Source: Bacilli bacterium
Lineage (GTDB): Bacteria > Bacillota_I > Bacilli_A > RFN20 > CAG-826
DNA length: 64,000 nucleotides
Direction of reading: 5' to 3'
Assembly (NCBI GenBank): GCA_017477255.1
Contig: JAFUXB010000004.1
Coordinates: 81,132-145,131 of the forward strand
Part shown: piece after piece, positions 10,440-20,526 of the stretch
Layout of the letters: each line of letters begins with the position of its first letter
How positions within the stretch are numbered: the stretch's first letter is position 1
Program-made: the position numbers and the translations under genes
Notes under the pieces: model-generated
What the model saw: only the letters and a program-made list of their open reading frames with translations
Database searches by the model: none
Told to the model about the DNA's origin: nothing

Positions 10440-12324
10440 GAAGTTATTTTATTTTTTATTTGTTTGCAGCAGCTTACTTTTAACAGGTTGTAAAGGTAAA
10501 ACAGTTGAACCAGATAATAAGGAAGAAGAAGTAAATAGCTACGATCTTATTTATAATGGAGGTTCAAAAGAAAAACATCCAATCGTTAAAAAATATACTG
10601 ACTTTAATAGAGCAAGTTATGGCTATATGTTTAACGAAGTCCAAGGTTATAATAACTGGAATTATATCGAGAAAAACGATGGATTTGAGCCAACTCAAAT
10701 GTTTTTTATTGATGGAAAATGGCAAATAAATGGTGGTGAATTTGATAAAGGAATATTTAAAACAGTAGAATCACAAAAATTAGGTTATTTATATCAAATT
10801 CCTCAAGCAGGAAATTATTCATTTAATGGAACTTTAAAAAATATTGAATTAAAAGATAGTAGCTTAAAAATATACAAAAATGACGAATTAATCTATGAAT
10901 TAAGCGTTAATAAATATGATGTTGATGGAAGATATTTTGAATTAACTCATGCATTTAATTTAAATGATAAATTATATTTTTTAGTAAACGGAGAAAGTAC
11001 TTATTTAAATCCTTGTATTGTTAAAGGTGAAATTGAAGCATTAAGAGATTCTTTATATAATTCACATACTGATTGGAATTATTATGGGGATATTCATTGC
11101 TATTATTATAAAGACGAATTATATCTTTTCCATTTGTGGAATCATTCAGGGTTATGGCAATGGTATTGTCAAAAAGGTCATGACATGTTTCATTATGAAG
11201 AATGTGATTACGATACATCATTTGTTAAAAATCATTACATGGCATGGGGAAATAGTGCAGATGTAGTCGATTACAATCAATATTCATCAGCAAGAGATTG
11301 TACAACATTTTTTGATGAAGAAGTTAATAGATATAGATCAATTGGCTTAGGTTATAGAAAAGATGGAGCACCTGGACAAACATCTTGTGATTTATTTTTA
11401 AGAACATCAAGTGATAGCCTAGGATTTGATTGGTCTGAACCAGCTATTGCCTTAAGAAAATTCCCATTAACTTCAGATGGAGAACCTGAATGTTCACAAC
11501 TTATTAAAATAGGAAAAAGATGGTATTTATGTGCTGGAGTTAGTGGACAATCAATACATGGAGTTGGAACTTGTTCATATTGGGTAAGTGAAGAAAATCA
11601 AACAATTGATGAAGTAAATTGGCAAGCTTTACCAACAAATAAATTAGATGGTGAAGATTTATGCGTTCCTCAAATAGAAAAAGTAAGAGATAAATATTAT
11701 TTATTTGGTTGGATGCCAAGTCATTATAATGGAAATAACTGGGGTGGATATAAAAATTTACCACGTGAAGTATATGTAAGAGAAGATGGAACATTAGGTA
11801 CTAAATTTGATGAAAGATGTACTAAGCTTTTAAATAAAGGATCATATTTTAAATTAAATGAAATTAATGTAGTTTTAGAAAAAAACCTCGTAAATCTCAC
11901 ACCAAATTCTTTAATTTTTAATGGAAATGACAAAATAACTCTTCAAAAACAAATTGAAGCTTCTTATATAGAATTTGATGTTAACTTCCAATCAGGCAAT
12001 GAAATTAGATATTCAATGAATGATGGATATGATAATTATGATTTAGTTTTAAGAAGAACTAATGAAGGTGCTTATATGGAAGTAGTCAACGGACATGGCT
12101 TTGTAAGTTCTTCATATAATTTAAAATGTAACAATAATAATTTCCACGTGAAATTAACTGTTGAAGGTAAGATTGTTGAATTCAGTGTAAATGATTTAAT
12201 TGTTTTAAGTGGAAGAACTTATATGACTGAAAAATATACACCATCATTTATAGCAGATGGAAATTTAGAATTAACAAATATTAAAATAAATAGACTCACA
12301 CAGCTCTATGATGTTTATGATTAA
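10426..12324 (+). CDS. GH32-family lipoprotein, paralogue of the upstream gene
   Basis: Lipobox LTGC; YGDIH, ARDC, PECS, LDGEDLC, FGW and NLPREV. Confidence 0.8.
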   Translation: MTVNKKLFYFLFVCSSLLLTGCKGKTVEPDNKEEEVNSYDLIYNGGSKEKHPIVKKYTDFNRASYGYMFNEVQGYNNWNYIEKNDGFEPTQMFFIDGKWQINGGEFDKGIFKTVESQKLGYLYQIPQAGNYSFNGTLKNIELKDSSLKIYKNDELIYELSVNKYDVDGRYFELTHAFNLNDKLYFLVNGESTYLNPCIVKGEIEALRDSLYNSHTDWNYYGDIHCYYYKDELYLFHLWNHSGLWQWYCQKGHDMFHYEECDYDTSFVKNHYMAWGNSADVVDYNQYSSARDCTTFFDEEVNRYRSIGLGYRKDGAPGQTSCDLFLRTSSDSLGFDWSEPAIALRKFPLTSDGEPECSQLIKIGKRWYLCAGVSGQSIHGVGTCSYWVSEENQTIDEVNWQALPTNKLDGEDLCVPQIEKVRDKYYLFGWMPSHYNGNNWGGYKNLPREVYVREDGTLGTKFDERCTKLLNKGSYFKLNEINVVLEKNLVNLTPNSLIFNGNDKITLQKQIEASYIEFDVNFQSGNEIRYSMNDGYDNYDLVLRRTNEGAYMEVVNGHGFVSSSYNLKCNNNNFHVKLTVEGKIVEFSVNDLIVLSGRTYMTEKYTPSFIADGNLELTNIKINRLTQLYDVYD

Positions 12325-12348
12325 CATTTTTTAAAAATTTGAGTTAAG

Positions 12349-12414
12349 TGCCAATTTTGCAAAAAATAGAACATTTTTCGTAGGAAAAATGCAGTGGAAA
12401 TTGCAAAAATGGCA
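12349..12414. repeat. Long imperfect palindrome after the GH32 operon
   Basis: TGCCAATTTTGCAA...TTGCAAAAATGGCA with an inner CATTTTTC/GAAAAATG stem. Confidence 0.55.
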
Positions 12415-12463
12415 GATAAGACAAAATTTTGGTTTAAAACGTATTGATTTAGAAAGTTTTATT

Positions 12464-12560
12464 GTGAATTCTTAAAATAAATTCCTGATAATGAATAAAC
12501 CTAGAATTTATCATGCAAAATTCTTAAATTTTTATTTTAAATGGAATTTGAATTGAGAAT
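12464..12560 (+). repeat. 97-bp dispersed repeat, copy 1 (copy 2 at 42918-43014)
   Basis: Ungapped hand alignment gives about 83/97 identity. Confidence 0.8.
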
Positions 12561-12628
12561 CCATGCTTAAAATAATTAATTATTTTAGTAGTTTAAAACG
12601 CTTTACTAATTTTATATAATATCAGTAA

Positions 12629-13300
12629 ATGGAAAGTGTCCGTACAATTTTATTACATCGTTCAGCTTATGCTGATAATGATCTTGAAGCAGATGCTTTA
12701 AGAAGTTATCTTAAAGAAAAAGGAGTATTTGTTGTTAATTTAATGTCTTCACCAGGAGCAGGAAAAACAACAACCTTAACGGCTTTAATTAATAATCTTA
12801 AAGATAAAGTTAGAATTGGTGTAATGGAAGCAGATATTGATAGCGATGTTGATGCTATTAATATTGCTAAAAAAACTGGAGTTAAATCTATTCAACTTCA
12901 TACAGGAGGCATGTGCCATTTAGATGCTGGAATGACTAAAACTGGTCTAGATGAAATAAATATTGATGATTTAGACTTAGTTTTCTTAGAAAATGTTGGA
13001 AATTTAGTGTGTCCTGCTGAATTTGATACAGGTGCAACACTTGATATTATGATATTAAGTATTCCAGAAGGTGATGATAAACCACTTAAATACCCATTAG
13101 TATTTGAAAAAAGTGATTTAGTAATCATAAATAAAATTGATGCATTATCATATTTTAATTTCGATATGGAAAAATGTATTAATTCAATTAAAAAAAGAAA
13201 TAAGGATGCAACAATTATTCCTATAAGTGCAAAAACAGGTGAAGGAATCGATAAAGTTGCTGATTATTTTATACAAAGACTTAAATTTTACAAGGAGTAA
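12629..13300 (+). CDS. hypB: Hydrogenase nickel incorporation GTPase HypB
   Basis: SSPGAGKTT, TGGMCHLDA, ENVGNLVCPAEFD, EGDDKPLKYP and NKID. Confidence 0.95.
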   Translation: MESVRTILLHRSAYADNDLEADALRSYLKEKGVFVVNLMSSPGAGKTTTLTALINNLKDKVRIGVMEADIDSDVDAINIAKKTGVKSIQLHTGGMCHLDAGMTKTGLDEINIDDLDLVFLENVGNLVCPAEFDTGATLDIMILSIPEGDDKPLKYPLVFEKSDLVIINKIDALSYFNFDMEKCINSIKKRNKDATIIPISAKTGEGIDKVADYFIQRLKFYKE

Positions 13301-13306
13301 GCCGTT

Positions 13307-16201
13307 ATGTCAGAACAAAATGAAAAAGTAATCTCCAAATATCAAGGTGAAAAAGATTACGAATATGAAAAGGAATATAGAAAGTTAGCTAAAAAGATAA
13401 CTGACGTAGTTCCTCACAAACTAGCAGGAGTTAAAACTACTGATCCAGAATATTGGGGATTAAGAGAAGTTTTAAAGATTGAACATGTTAGAATTCTTAA
13501 TAAAATGAAATTAAGAAAATTCTACTCATTTGAAGAACTTCTTAAAATGAATAAAGAATATAATCCTGTTGAATTCCAAAAATTACTCGATGAAATGTCA
13601 GTTATTGGATTTATTGAATATGATTATGGTGATAATTATGCTTGGGAAGAACCAATAAAAGACGCACCAAAAATTAAAAGATATCGTTTAACATTCTTTG
13701 TTCCAGGTTCTGCAGAACTTATGAATTCTACTGTAGCTAGAATTGAAAAGAATCCTCCAGTAGCATCTTTCTTTGAAAGAATGACATTTATCCCACTTGC
13801 AGGAATTACTCAAATGATTCCACCTGGTGGTGATGGCGTTGGTATGCACGTTATTCCTGTTGAAAAAGCAATTGCACAAAACCAAGAAGCAATCGATGTT
13901 GAAAAGATTTCTCACTGGATGAAGAAATATGATGGACATATTGCTGCTGGTATTTGTTCATGTAGAGCATCAAGAGCTGTCTTAGGTGATGGATGTATTG
14001 ATGATGTTGATGATTGGTGTATTCAATTTGGTGATATGGCAGATTATGCTGTTGAAACTGGTCGTGCACACTATATTACTAAAGAAAGAGCACTCGAAAT
14101 ATTTGAACAATCAGAAAAGAATGGATTTGTTCACCAAATTACTAATATTGATGGTGAAAATAAAATCTTTGATATTTGTAACTGTGATGTAAAGATTTGT
14201 AACGCATTAAGAACTTCAATGTTATTTAATACTCCAAATCTTTCAAGAAGTAGCTACACTGCTAATGTTACAAAAGATAAATGTGTTGCTTGTGGTCAAT
14301 GTGTTGAAAATTGTCCAGCAGGTGCTGTTAAACTTGGTCAAAAATTATGTAAAGCTGATGGAAAAGAAGCTACATATCCAAGTCAACCACTCCCAGATAA
14401 GATCAAATGGGGAAAATATGCTTGGGATGAAAATTATAGAGATACAGCAAGAAGACATGATACTTATCCTTCAGGAACTGCACCATGTAAAGTTGCTTGT
14501 CCAGCACACGTCCCAGTTCAAGGTTATTTAAAACTTGCTAAAGAAGGAAAATATGAAGAAGCTTTAGCATTAATTAAAACTCAAAACCCATTCCCAGCAG
14601 TTTGTGGTAGAGTTTGTAATAAACGCTGTGAAGATGCTTGTACTAGAGGAAAAATTGATGCTCCAGTTAGCATTGATGCAGTTAAAAAATTCGTTGCAGA
14701 TTTAGATTTAAGAAGTGAAAAACCATATGTACCAGAAAAAATTATTGCTAATACACATGGTGAATTTGAAGAAAAGATCGCTATTATTGGTGCAGGTCCA
14801 GCAGGACTTAGTGCAGCTTATTATTTAGGTGTAATGGGCTTTAGACCAGTAGTATTTGAAAAGAATGAAAAAGCTGGTGGTATGCTTACTTATGGTATTC
14901 CATCATATAAACTTGAAAAAGATGTTATTGAAAAAGAAATCGATGTAATCAAAGCTTTAGGCGTTGAAATTAAAACCGGCGTTGAAGTTGGTAAAGATAT
15001 TACAATCGAAGAACTTAAAAAACAAGGATTCAAAGCTTTCTATATTGCAATTGGTTGCCAAGGTGGAAGAAGACCAGGTGTTGCTAATGATGAAGCAAAA
15101 GGAACTGATATTGCAGTAGATTATTTAAGAAATGCTTTAAGTGAAAAGAAAGAATTCAAAGGCGAAGTTGTTGTTGTCGGTGGTGGTAACGTTGCTGTTG
15201 ACTGTGCAAGAACTGCTCATAGACTTGGTGCTAAGAAAGTCTCAATGGTCTGCTTAGAAGATAGAGATCATATGCCAGCATCAAATGAAGAAGTTAGAGA
15301 AACTCTTGAAGAAAATATTGAAATCGTCAATTGTTATGGACCAAAAGAACTCAAAGTTAATGCCAAAGGCGAAGTTACAAGTATCGTATTTAAAAAATGT
15401 ACTGCAACTTTAGATGCTGAAGGTAAATTTAATCCTCAATATGATGAAAATGAAACTATTGAACTCGAAGCAGGAAAAGTTATATTCGCTATTGGACAAA
15501 CTATTGTCTGGGGTGACTTATTAAAAGGAACAAAAGTTACATTCTGGCATGGAAATTATCCAATCGCTGATAAGATGACTTATCAAACTGCTGATGAAGA
15601 TATCTTCGTTGGTGGTGATGTTTATAGCGGTCCAAAATTTGTTATTGATGCAATTGCAGCAGGACATCAAGTTGCTGATGCATTAGCAAGACACGTTAGA
15701 CCAAACGCTCACCCAACTATCGCATTTAACCAAAGAGGATTTGTACAATTAAATAAAGATGATATCACTCTTCCAGGTTATGATGATGCAGGTAGACAAG
15801 AAGAAGGAATGGATGAAAGTGTTGATTATAAGAATTCATTTAAAGATGCTCACAAGACTTTAACTGAAGAACAAGTCCGCATTGAAACAAGTCGTTGCTT
15901 ATCTTGTGGTGCTGCATTTGTTGATCCACATAAATGTATCGGTTGTGGTATCTGTACTACAAAATGTCATTTCGATGCAATCCATTTAGTTAGAGACCAT
16001 CCAGAAATGTCAAATATGAGAGTTGCTGAAAAGAAAGTCGGCGGACTCGCAGGATATGCCTTAAAACGTGCTGTTAAGATTGTTGCTCATTCAGGTAGTA
16101 AAGAAGCTCGTGAAATGGCTAAAAAACGTAAAGCTTATAAAAAAGCAAACAAAGAATTTAATAAAACTCATCCAAATACAGGTAATTCAATAGATGCATG
16201 A
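13307..16201 (+). CDS. FAD/NAD(P)-dependent oxidoreductase (GltD/PreT-like core) with several 4Fe-4S ferredoxin motifs and a Cys-rich N-terminal domain
   Basis: APCKVACPAH, NPFPAVCGRVC, IIGAGPAG, VVGGGNVAVD, two CxxCxxCxxxC motifs and RCLSC. Confidence 0.85.
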   Translation: MSEQNEKVISKYQGEKDYEYEKEYRKLAKKITDVVPHKLAGVKTTDPEYWGLREVLKIEHVRILNKMKLRKFYSFEELLKMNKEYNPVEFQKLLDEMSVIGFIEYDYGDNYAWEEPIKDAPKIKRYRLTFFVPGSAELMNSTVARIEKNPPVASFFERMTFIPLAGITQMIPPGGDGVGMHVIPVEKAIAQNQEAIDVEKISHWMKKYDGHIAAGICSCRASRAVLGDGCIDDVDDWCIQFGDMADYAVETGRAHYITKERALEIFEQSEKNGFVHQITNIDGENKIFDICNCDVKICNALRTSMLFNTPNLSRSSYTANVTKDKCVACGQCVENCPAGAVKLGQKLCKADGKEATYPSQPLPDKIKWGKYAWDENYRDTARRHDTYPSGTAPCKVACPAHVPVQGYLKLAKEGKYEEALALIKTQNPFPAVCGRVCNKRCEDACTRGKIDAPVSIDAVKKFVADLDLRSEKPYVPEKIIANTHGEFEEKIAIIGAGPAGLSAAYYLGVMGFRPVVFEKNEKAGGMLTYGIPSYKLEKDVIEKEIDVIKALGVEIKTGVEVGKDITIEELKKQGFKAFYIAIGCQGGRRPGVANDEAKGTDIAVDYLRNALSEKKEFKGEVVVVGGGNVAVDCARTAHRLGAKKVSMVCLEDRDHMPASNEEVRETLEENIEIVNCYGPKELKVNAKGEVTSIVFKKCTATLDAEGKFNPQYDENETIELEAGKVIFAIGQTIVWGDLLKGTKVTFWHGNYPIADKMTYQTADEDIFVGGDVYSGPKFVIDAIAAGHQVADALARHVRPNAHPTIAFNQRGFVQLNKDDITLPGYDDAGRQEEGMDESVDYKNSFKDAHKTLTEEQVRIETSRCLSCGAAFVDPHKCIGCGICTTKCHFDAIHLVRDHPEMSNMRVAEKKVGGLAGYALKRAVKIVAHSGSKEAREMAKKRKAYKKANKEFNKTHPNTGNSIDA

Positions 16202-16538
16202 GTTAGGAATAGTTGTTCACGTCATTAAACAAATTGAACAACTTGCTAAAGAAAATAATGTTAAAGAAGTTTGTGAACTTACTCTAGAAGTTGGTGAAGT
16301 AAGTGGTGTTGTAAAAGAATATTTTGTTGATGCATTTGAATGGTCAAAAAAGAAAACAGAATATATGAAAAACACCAAACTCAATCTAATCTTTATTGAA
16401 GCTATCTCTTATTGTGAAGATTGTAAAGAAACTTATAAGACAACTGCATATGGAAAAGAATGTCCAAAATGTGGTGGTGGAAATACATATCTTGTAAGTG
16501 GTAGAGATGTAATGATCAAAGAGGTAAAAGTAATATAG
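16194..16538 (+). CDS. hypA: Hydrogenase maturation nickel metallochaperone HypA
   Basis: MHE N-terminus, VGEVSGV, and two CxxC motifs (CEDC, CPKC). Confidence 0.95.
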   Translation: MHELGIVVHVIKQIEQLAKENNVKEVCELTLEVGEVSGVVKEYFVDAFEWSKKKTEYMKNTKLNLIFIEAISYCEDCKETYKTTAYGKECPKCGGGNTYLVSGRDVMIKEVKVI

Positions 16539-16560
16539 GTAGCTAAAAAGCTACCTTTTT
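16537..16560 (+). terminator. Rho-independent terminator
   Basis: AGGTAGCT-AAAA-AGCTACCT followed by a T run. Confidence 0.75.
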
Positions 16561-16565
16561 ACTTC

Positions 16566-16592
16566 AAAAACCCTTCAGAACTCAACTATTTT
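16566..16592 (-). repeat. 28-bp dispersed intergenic repeat (copy 1 of 8)
   Basis: AAAAACCCTTCAGAACTCAACTATTTT is close to the reverse complement of the consensus AAAAATAGTTGAGTTCTGCAGGGTTTTT. Confidence 0.75.
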
Positions 16593-16636
16593 ATATAAAT
16601 TAGTATTAGTTTAACTAATATTTACGAGGCAAAAAT

Positions 16637-17782
16637 ATGTTTAATAAGCATGATATTAGTAGAGATGAATGTCAACTTTATGAAAAACAAGCAAAACTGG
16701 GTTATGACTGGTGGCGGCATTCATTTACTGGAACAAATATAAAAACAAAAGAAAGAAAATCATTCTTTATTGAATTTTTCTTGTGTAATCCTAGTAGTGG
16801 AAAAGAATATCCAATACTTGGTCAACTTGATGAAAATAAAGCAAATAAAATTAAACCATCATACTTAATGATTAAAGCTGGTGCATGGGGAAAAAACGCA
16901 AAACAACTTCATAAATTTTTTGGTTGGAAAGAGATAGAAGTTAAATATAAAAAACCTTTTTATATTAAAGCAGATGGCTTTTTCTTAGACGAGCTTTCAA
17001 CGATTGGGTCGATTAAAATTGACGCGGAAGAAATTAAAAAACATCCTGAATATATGTGCCAAAGCGGAGAGATGTCTTGGAATTTAAAGATAAAAAAAGA
17101 TATAGCTTTTAATGTTGGTTATGGTGCTGGGAAACTATTTAGAAAGATGCAACTTTTTGAAATGTTTTGGCATGCTGAAGGAATGAAATCTTATTTTGAA
17201 GGAACTGTTACAATTGATGGCGAAGAATATGAAATTAAAAATGAAGATTCTTATGGTTATGCAGATAAAAACTGGGGAAAAGATTTTACTTCACCTTGGG
17301 TTTGGTTATCTTCAAATAATTTAACTAGTTTAAATACAGGTAAAAAACTTGAAAATAGTGCATTTGATATTGGTGGTGGATGCCCAAAAATTGGAAAAAT
17401 AGCTTTAAACCGCAAGCTTTTAAGTGCATTTTACTATGAAGGAAAGTGTTATGAATTTAATTTTTCTAAGTTTTTGCATAATGTAAAAACTACATTTGAT
17501 TGTCATGAAACTGAAGATGAAATTATTTGGCATGTTGAACAAAAAACATGGTCAAATAAAATGATTACTGATATCAAATGTAAAAAAGAAGACATGCTTT
17601 TAATTAATTATGAAGCTCCTAACGGATCAAGACTTCACAGAAGATTATGGAATGGTGGTAATGGAGTAGGAACCATTAAACTTTACCATAATAAAAAATT
17701 AATTGATGAAATATATTGTGAAAATGTTGGATGTGAATTTGGACAATATAATACTCTTAAAAAAAGACATCCAGTAAGATAA
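16637..17782 (+). CDS. Tocopherol-cyclase-family protein
   Basis: GYDWW(CGG)HSF, FFIEFF, YGYADKNWGKDF, PWVW and LWNGGNG. Confidence 0.75.
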   Translation: MFNKHDISRDECQLYEKQAKLGYDWWRHSFTGTNIKTKERKSFFIEFFLCNPSSGKEYPILGQLDENKANKIKPSYLMIKAGAWGKNAKQLHKFFGWKEIEVKYKKPFYIKADGFFLDELSTIGSIKIDAEEIKKHPEYMCQSGEMSWNLKIKKDIAFNVGYGAGKLFRKMQLFEMFWHAEGMKSYFEGTVTIDGEEYEIKNEDSYGYADKNWGKDFTSPWVWLSSNNLTSLNTGKKLENSAFDIGGGCPKIGKIALNRKLLSAFYYEGKCYEFNFSKFLHNVKTTFDCHETEDEIIWHVEQKTWSNKMITDIKCKKEDMLLINYEAPNGSRLHRRLWNGGNGVGTIKLYHNKKLIDEIYCENVGCEFGQYNTLKKRHPVR

Positions 17783-17830
17783 TAAAAGTGAAAGTTTAAT
17801 TATAAAAAATTATAATTAATTGGTATTACT

Positions 17831-19021
17831 ATGGCAAAGAATAAAAAGATGACAAAAGCACAAAAAATATGGACAGCAGTAGGGCTTAGTGCAGTTATTG
17901 GAGTTTTTAAAGCTGTTGGATTGGTTTTAAGTTATGTTGTTTATATTATTGGTTCATATAATAGAATTGGTAGTATTGAACTTACTCCTGATGGAAATGC
18001 TCAACACGAAAAAGTGTCGATTGGATCTAATTATAAGGCTATAACTTATAACATTGGTTTTGGTGCTTATTCACAAGATTATACTTTCTTTATGGATGAT
18101 GGATATGATGATGAAGGTAATTTAATTACTGGGTATTATTCAAAAGGTCGTTCTAAAGATGAAATTTTATATAACATAAATGGATCGAGTAATATAGTTA
18201 AAAATGAAGATTCAGATTTTGTTTTACTCCAAGAAGTAGATGTTCATTCAACTAGATCTTATTACGTTGATGAAGACAAAATTTATAGAGGTAAATTGAA
18301 TGAAGGTTATATGCATTCATTTGCTAAAAACTTCCATACTGCATTTTTACCATATCCTTTATATGATATGCATGGTTCAGTTCAATCTGGTTTATCAACT
18401 TATTCAAAATATAAAATTACACATAGTGAAAGAAAAGAATATACAGTTGCTACTGATTTTTCAAAATTCTTTGATTTAGATAGATGTTTCCAGGTTAATA
18501 AAATTGAAGTAGACAATGGAAAAATCTTATATCTGGTAAATAACCACATGTCAGCTTATGATGAAGGTGGAAAAATTAGAAAGATTCAAATGGAAGAGTT
18601 AAATGCTTTCTTAAATAAAGTTAAAGAAGAAGGTAATTATTGTATTGTTAGTGGAGATTTTAATCATGATTTATTGGTTAATAATCCAAAATTTGATTAT
18701 AATGATTCAACAAATAGACCATTTGGAATGACAAAAAAGAAACCAGATTGGTTATCTTATTTATTTGATGAAAATCATAATTCACCAATCACTTCAGGCT
18801 TTACTGTTTATGGTAGCGATAATAATCCAACTTGTAGAAATAACAATATAACTTGGATTGAAGGTGAAACGTTTGTAGCTTCAGTTGATGGATTTATAGT
18901 TTCTGATAATATTGAAGTTACATCAATTAAAACAATTAGAACAATAAATCCTAAGACAAATATTGAAGGTTTTGCTTATAGTGATCATGAACCTGTATCA
19001 CTTGAATTTAAATTAAAATAA
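17831..19021 (+). CDS. Membrane-anchored endonuclease/exonuclease/phosphatase (EEP) family protein
   Basis: N-terminal TM; TYNIG, LQEVD, GDFN, DGFIVS and SDHEPV. Confidence 0.85.
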   Translation: MAKNKKMTKAQKIWTAVGLSAVIGVFKAVGLVLSYVVYIIGSYNRIGSIELTPDGNAQHEKVSIGSNYKAITYNIGFGAYSQDYTFFMDDGYDDEGNLITGYYSKGRSKDEILYNINGSSNIVKNEDSDFVLLQEVDVHSTRSYYVDEDKIYRGKLNEGYMHSFAKNFHTAFLPYPLYDMHGSVQSGLSTYSKYKITHSERKEYTVATDFSKFFDLDRCFQVNKIEVDNGKILYLVNNHMSAYDEGGKIRKIQMEELNAFLNKVKEEGNYCIVSGDFNHDLLVNNPKFDYNDSTNRPFGMTKKKPDWLSYLFDENHNSPITSGFTVYGSDNNPTCRNNNITWIEGETFVASVDGFIVSDNIEVTSIKTIRTINPKTNIEGFAYSDHEPVSLEFKLK

Positions 19022-19023
19022 AG

Positions 19024-19081
19024 AAAAATACTTGAGTTCTGCAAGGTTTTTGAAAAAATATCGTAGATTTGCATGGTTTTC
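19024..19081 (+). repeat. 28-bp dispersed repeat, tandem pair (copies 2-3)
   Basis: AAAAATACTTGAGTTCTGCAAGGTTTTT followed by AAAAATATCGTAGATTTGCATGGTTTTC. Confidence 0.75.
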
Positions 19082-19149
19082 TAAAATAGATTCTTATTGG
19101 AAATTATTAATAAATTATTAAATGAATTATAATATTCAAGGAGAGCGTT

Positions 19150-20271
19150 ATGTATAAAATTATCGAAGTTAAATCTAAAAAAGACATTAATAGATTTGTA
19201 AAATTTCAAATAGATTTATATGAGGGAAATAAATATTTTGTTCCAGCTTTAAATAGTGATGAGAAGAAAATATTTAAAAAGAATTATGTTTATAACAATA
19301 CATGTAAAACAGTTTTTTATTTATGTGTAGATGAAAATAATAAAGTTGTAGGAAGAATTGAAGGAATTATTCAACTTGCAGCAAATGAAAAATGGAAACA
19401 AAAAAGAGTTAGATTTACAAGGTTTGATGCAATAGATAATCAAGAAGTTGCTAATCTTTTATTAGATTCTGTTGCTAAATGGGGAAAAGAACAAGGAATG
19501 GATGAACTTGTTGGTCCTTTAGGATATAGCGACTTAGAAAGAGAAGGTTTACTTATTGAAGGTTTTGATAAATTCCAAACTTATGAAGAACAATATAATT
19601 TTGATTATTATCAAAGGCTTTTAGAAAATTATGGACTAGAAAAAGATGTTGATTGGCTTGAATATAAAATTTTCCCACCAAAAGAAAAAGATGAAAGATT
19701 AATAAAAGCTAGTGAAATGGCTAAAAAACGCTATAAATTAAGAGCTTATTCTCCAAAAAGTGTCAGTAAATTTATTAAAGAATATAAAGAGCAATTCTTT
19801 GAAATAATTGATATTACATATAATAAGATTTATGGAACTGTTCCGTTTACAAAAGAAATGATGGATTCGAGCATTTCTAACTTTAATTTAATCTTAAGAC
19901 CTCAAGATATCATGGTAGTTTTAACAGAGGACAATAAAGTTGTAGGATTTGCTTTAGTATTTCCTTCACTTTCAAAAGTAATTACTAAATATAAAGGAAA
20001 AATCACACCTAGATTTTTAATTGATTTCTTTAAAAATAAAAAGAAACCTAACGTCATTGACTTAGGTTTAATTGGTGTTTTACCAGAATATACAATGAAA
20101 GGTGTCGCAGGTATTATCGTAACACATTTCTATGATCATTTATGCAATAATGGCATTGATTATATGGAAACTAATTTAATGCTCGAAAATAACAATAACA
20201 TCCTCGGATTTATGAGTAATTTTGAAAGAGAATTTACAAAAAGAAGAAGATGCTTTGTTAAAAAGATTTAA
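19150..20271 (+). CDS. YghO-like tandem GNAT acyltransferase
   Basis: FVKFQIDLY, VVGRI, LVGPLG...GLLIEGF, YNFDYY, IGVLPEY and LENN are typical of this family. Confidence 0.75.
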   Translation: MYKIIEVKSKKDINRFVKFQIDLYEGNKYFVPALNSDEKKIFKKNYVYNNTCKTVFYLCVDENNKVVGRIEGIIQLAANEKWKQKRVRFTRFDAIDNQEVANLLLDSVAKWGKEQGMDELVGPLGYSDLEREGLLIEGFDKFQTYEEQYNFDYYQRLLENYGLEKDVDWLEYKIFPPKEKDERLIKASEMAKKRYKLRAYSPKSVSKFIKEYKEQFFEIIDITYNKIYGTVPFTKEMMDSSISNFNLILRPQDIMVVLTEDNKVVGFALVFPSLSKVITKYKGKITPRFLIDFFKNKKKPNVIDLGLIGVLPEYTMKGVAGIIVTHFYDHLCNNGIDYMETNLMLENNNNILGFMSNFEREFTKRRRCFVKKI

Positions 20272-20285
20272 ATATCCAAATAATT

Positions 20286-20513
20286 TTATTTAGTAGCGTG
20301 TTCGTTTAAATAATTTAATACGTCTTTAACTGTTTTAAAAACGACTAAATCATCAAAAGTGATGCCAAATTCATCTTCAATTGACATTGACATCATTAAC
20401 ATAGCAATACTGTCCATTCCTAAATCTTCAACAAGCAAAGAATCTTCAGTAACTTTGCTAACATCTAAATTTGGTACATTTTCTTTAATAATTTTTAATA
20501 ATCTTTCGTACAT
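20286..20513 (-). CDS. acpP: Acyl carrier protein
   Basis: DLGMDSI phosphopantetheine site, IEDEFGI and KTVKD. Confidence 0.92.
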   Translation of the reverse strand: MYERLLKIIKENVPNLDVSKVTEDSLLVEDLGMDSIAMLMMSMSIEDEFGITFDDLVVFKTVKDVLNYLNEHATK

Positions 20514-20526
20514 AATTTCTCCTTAA

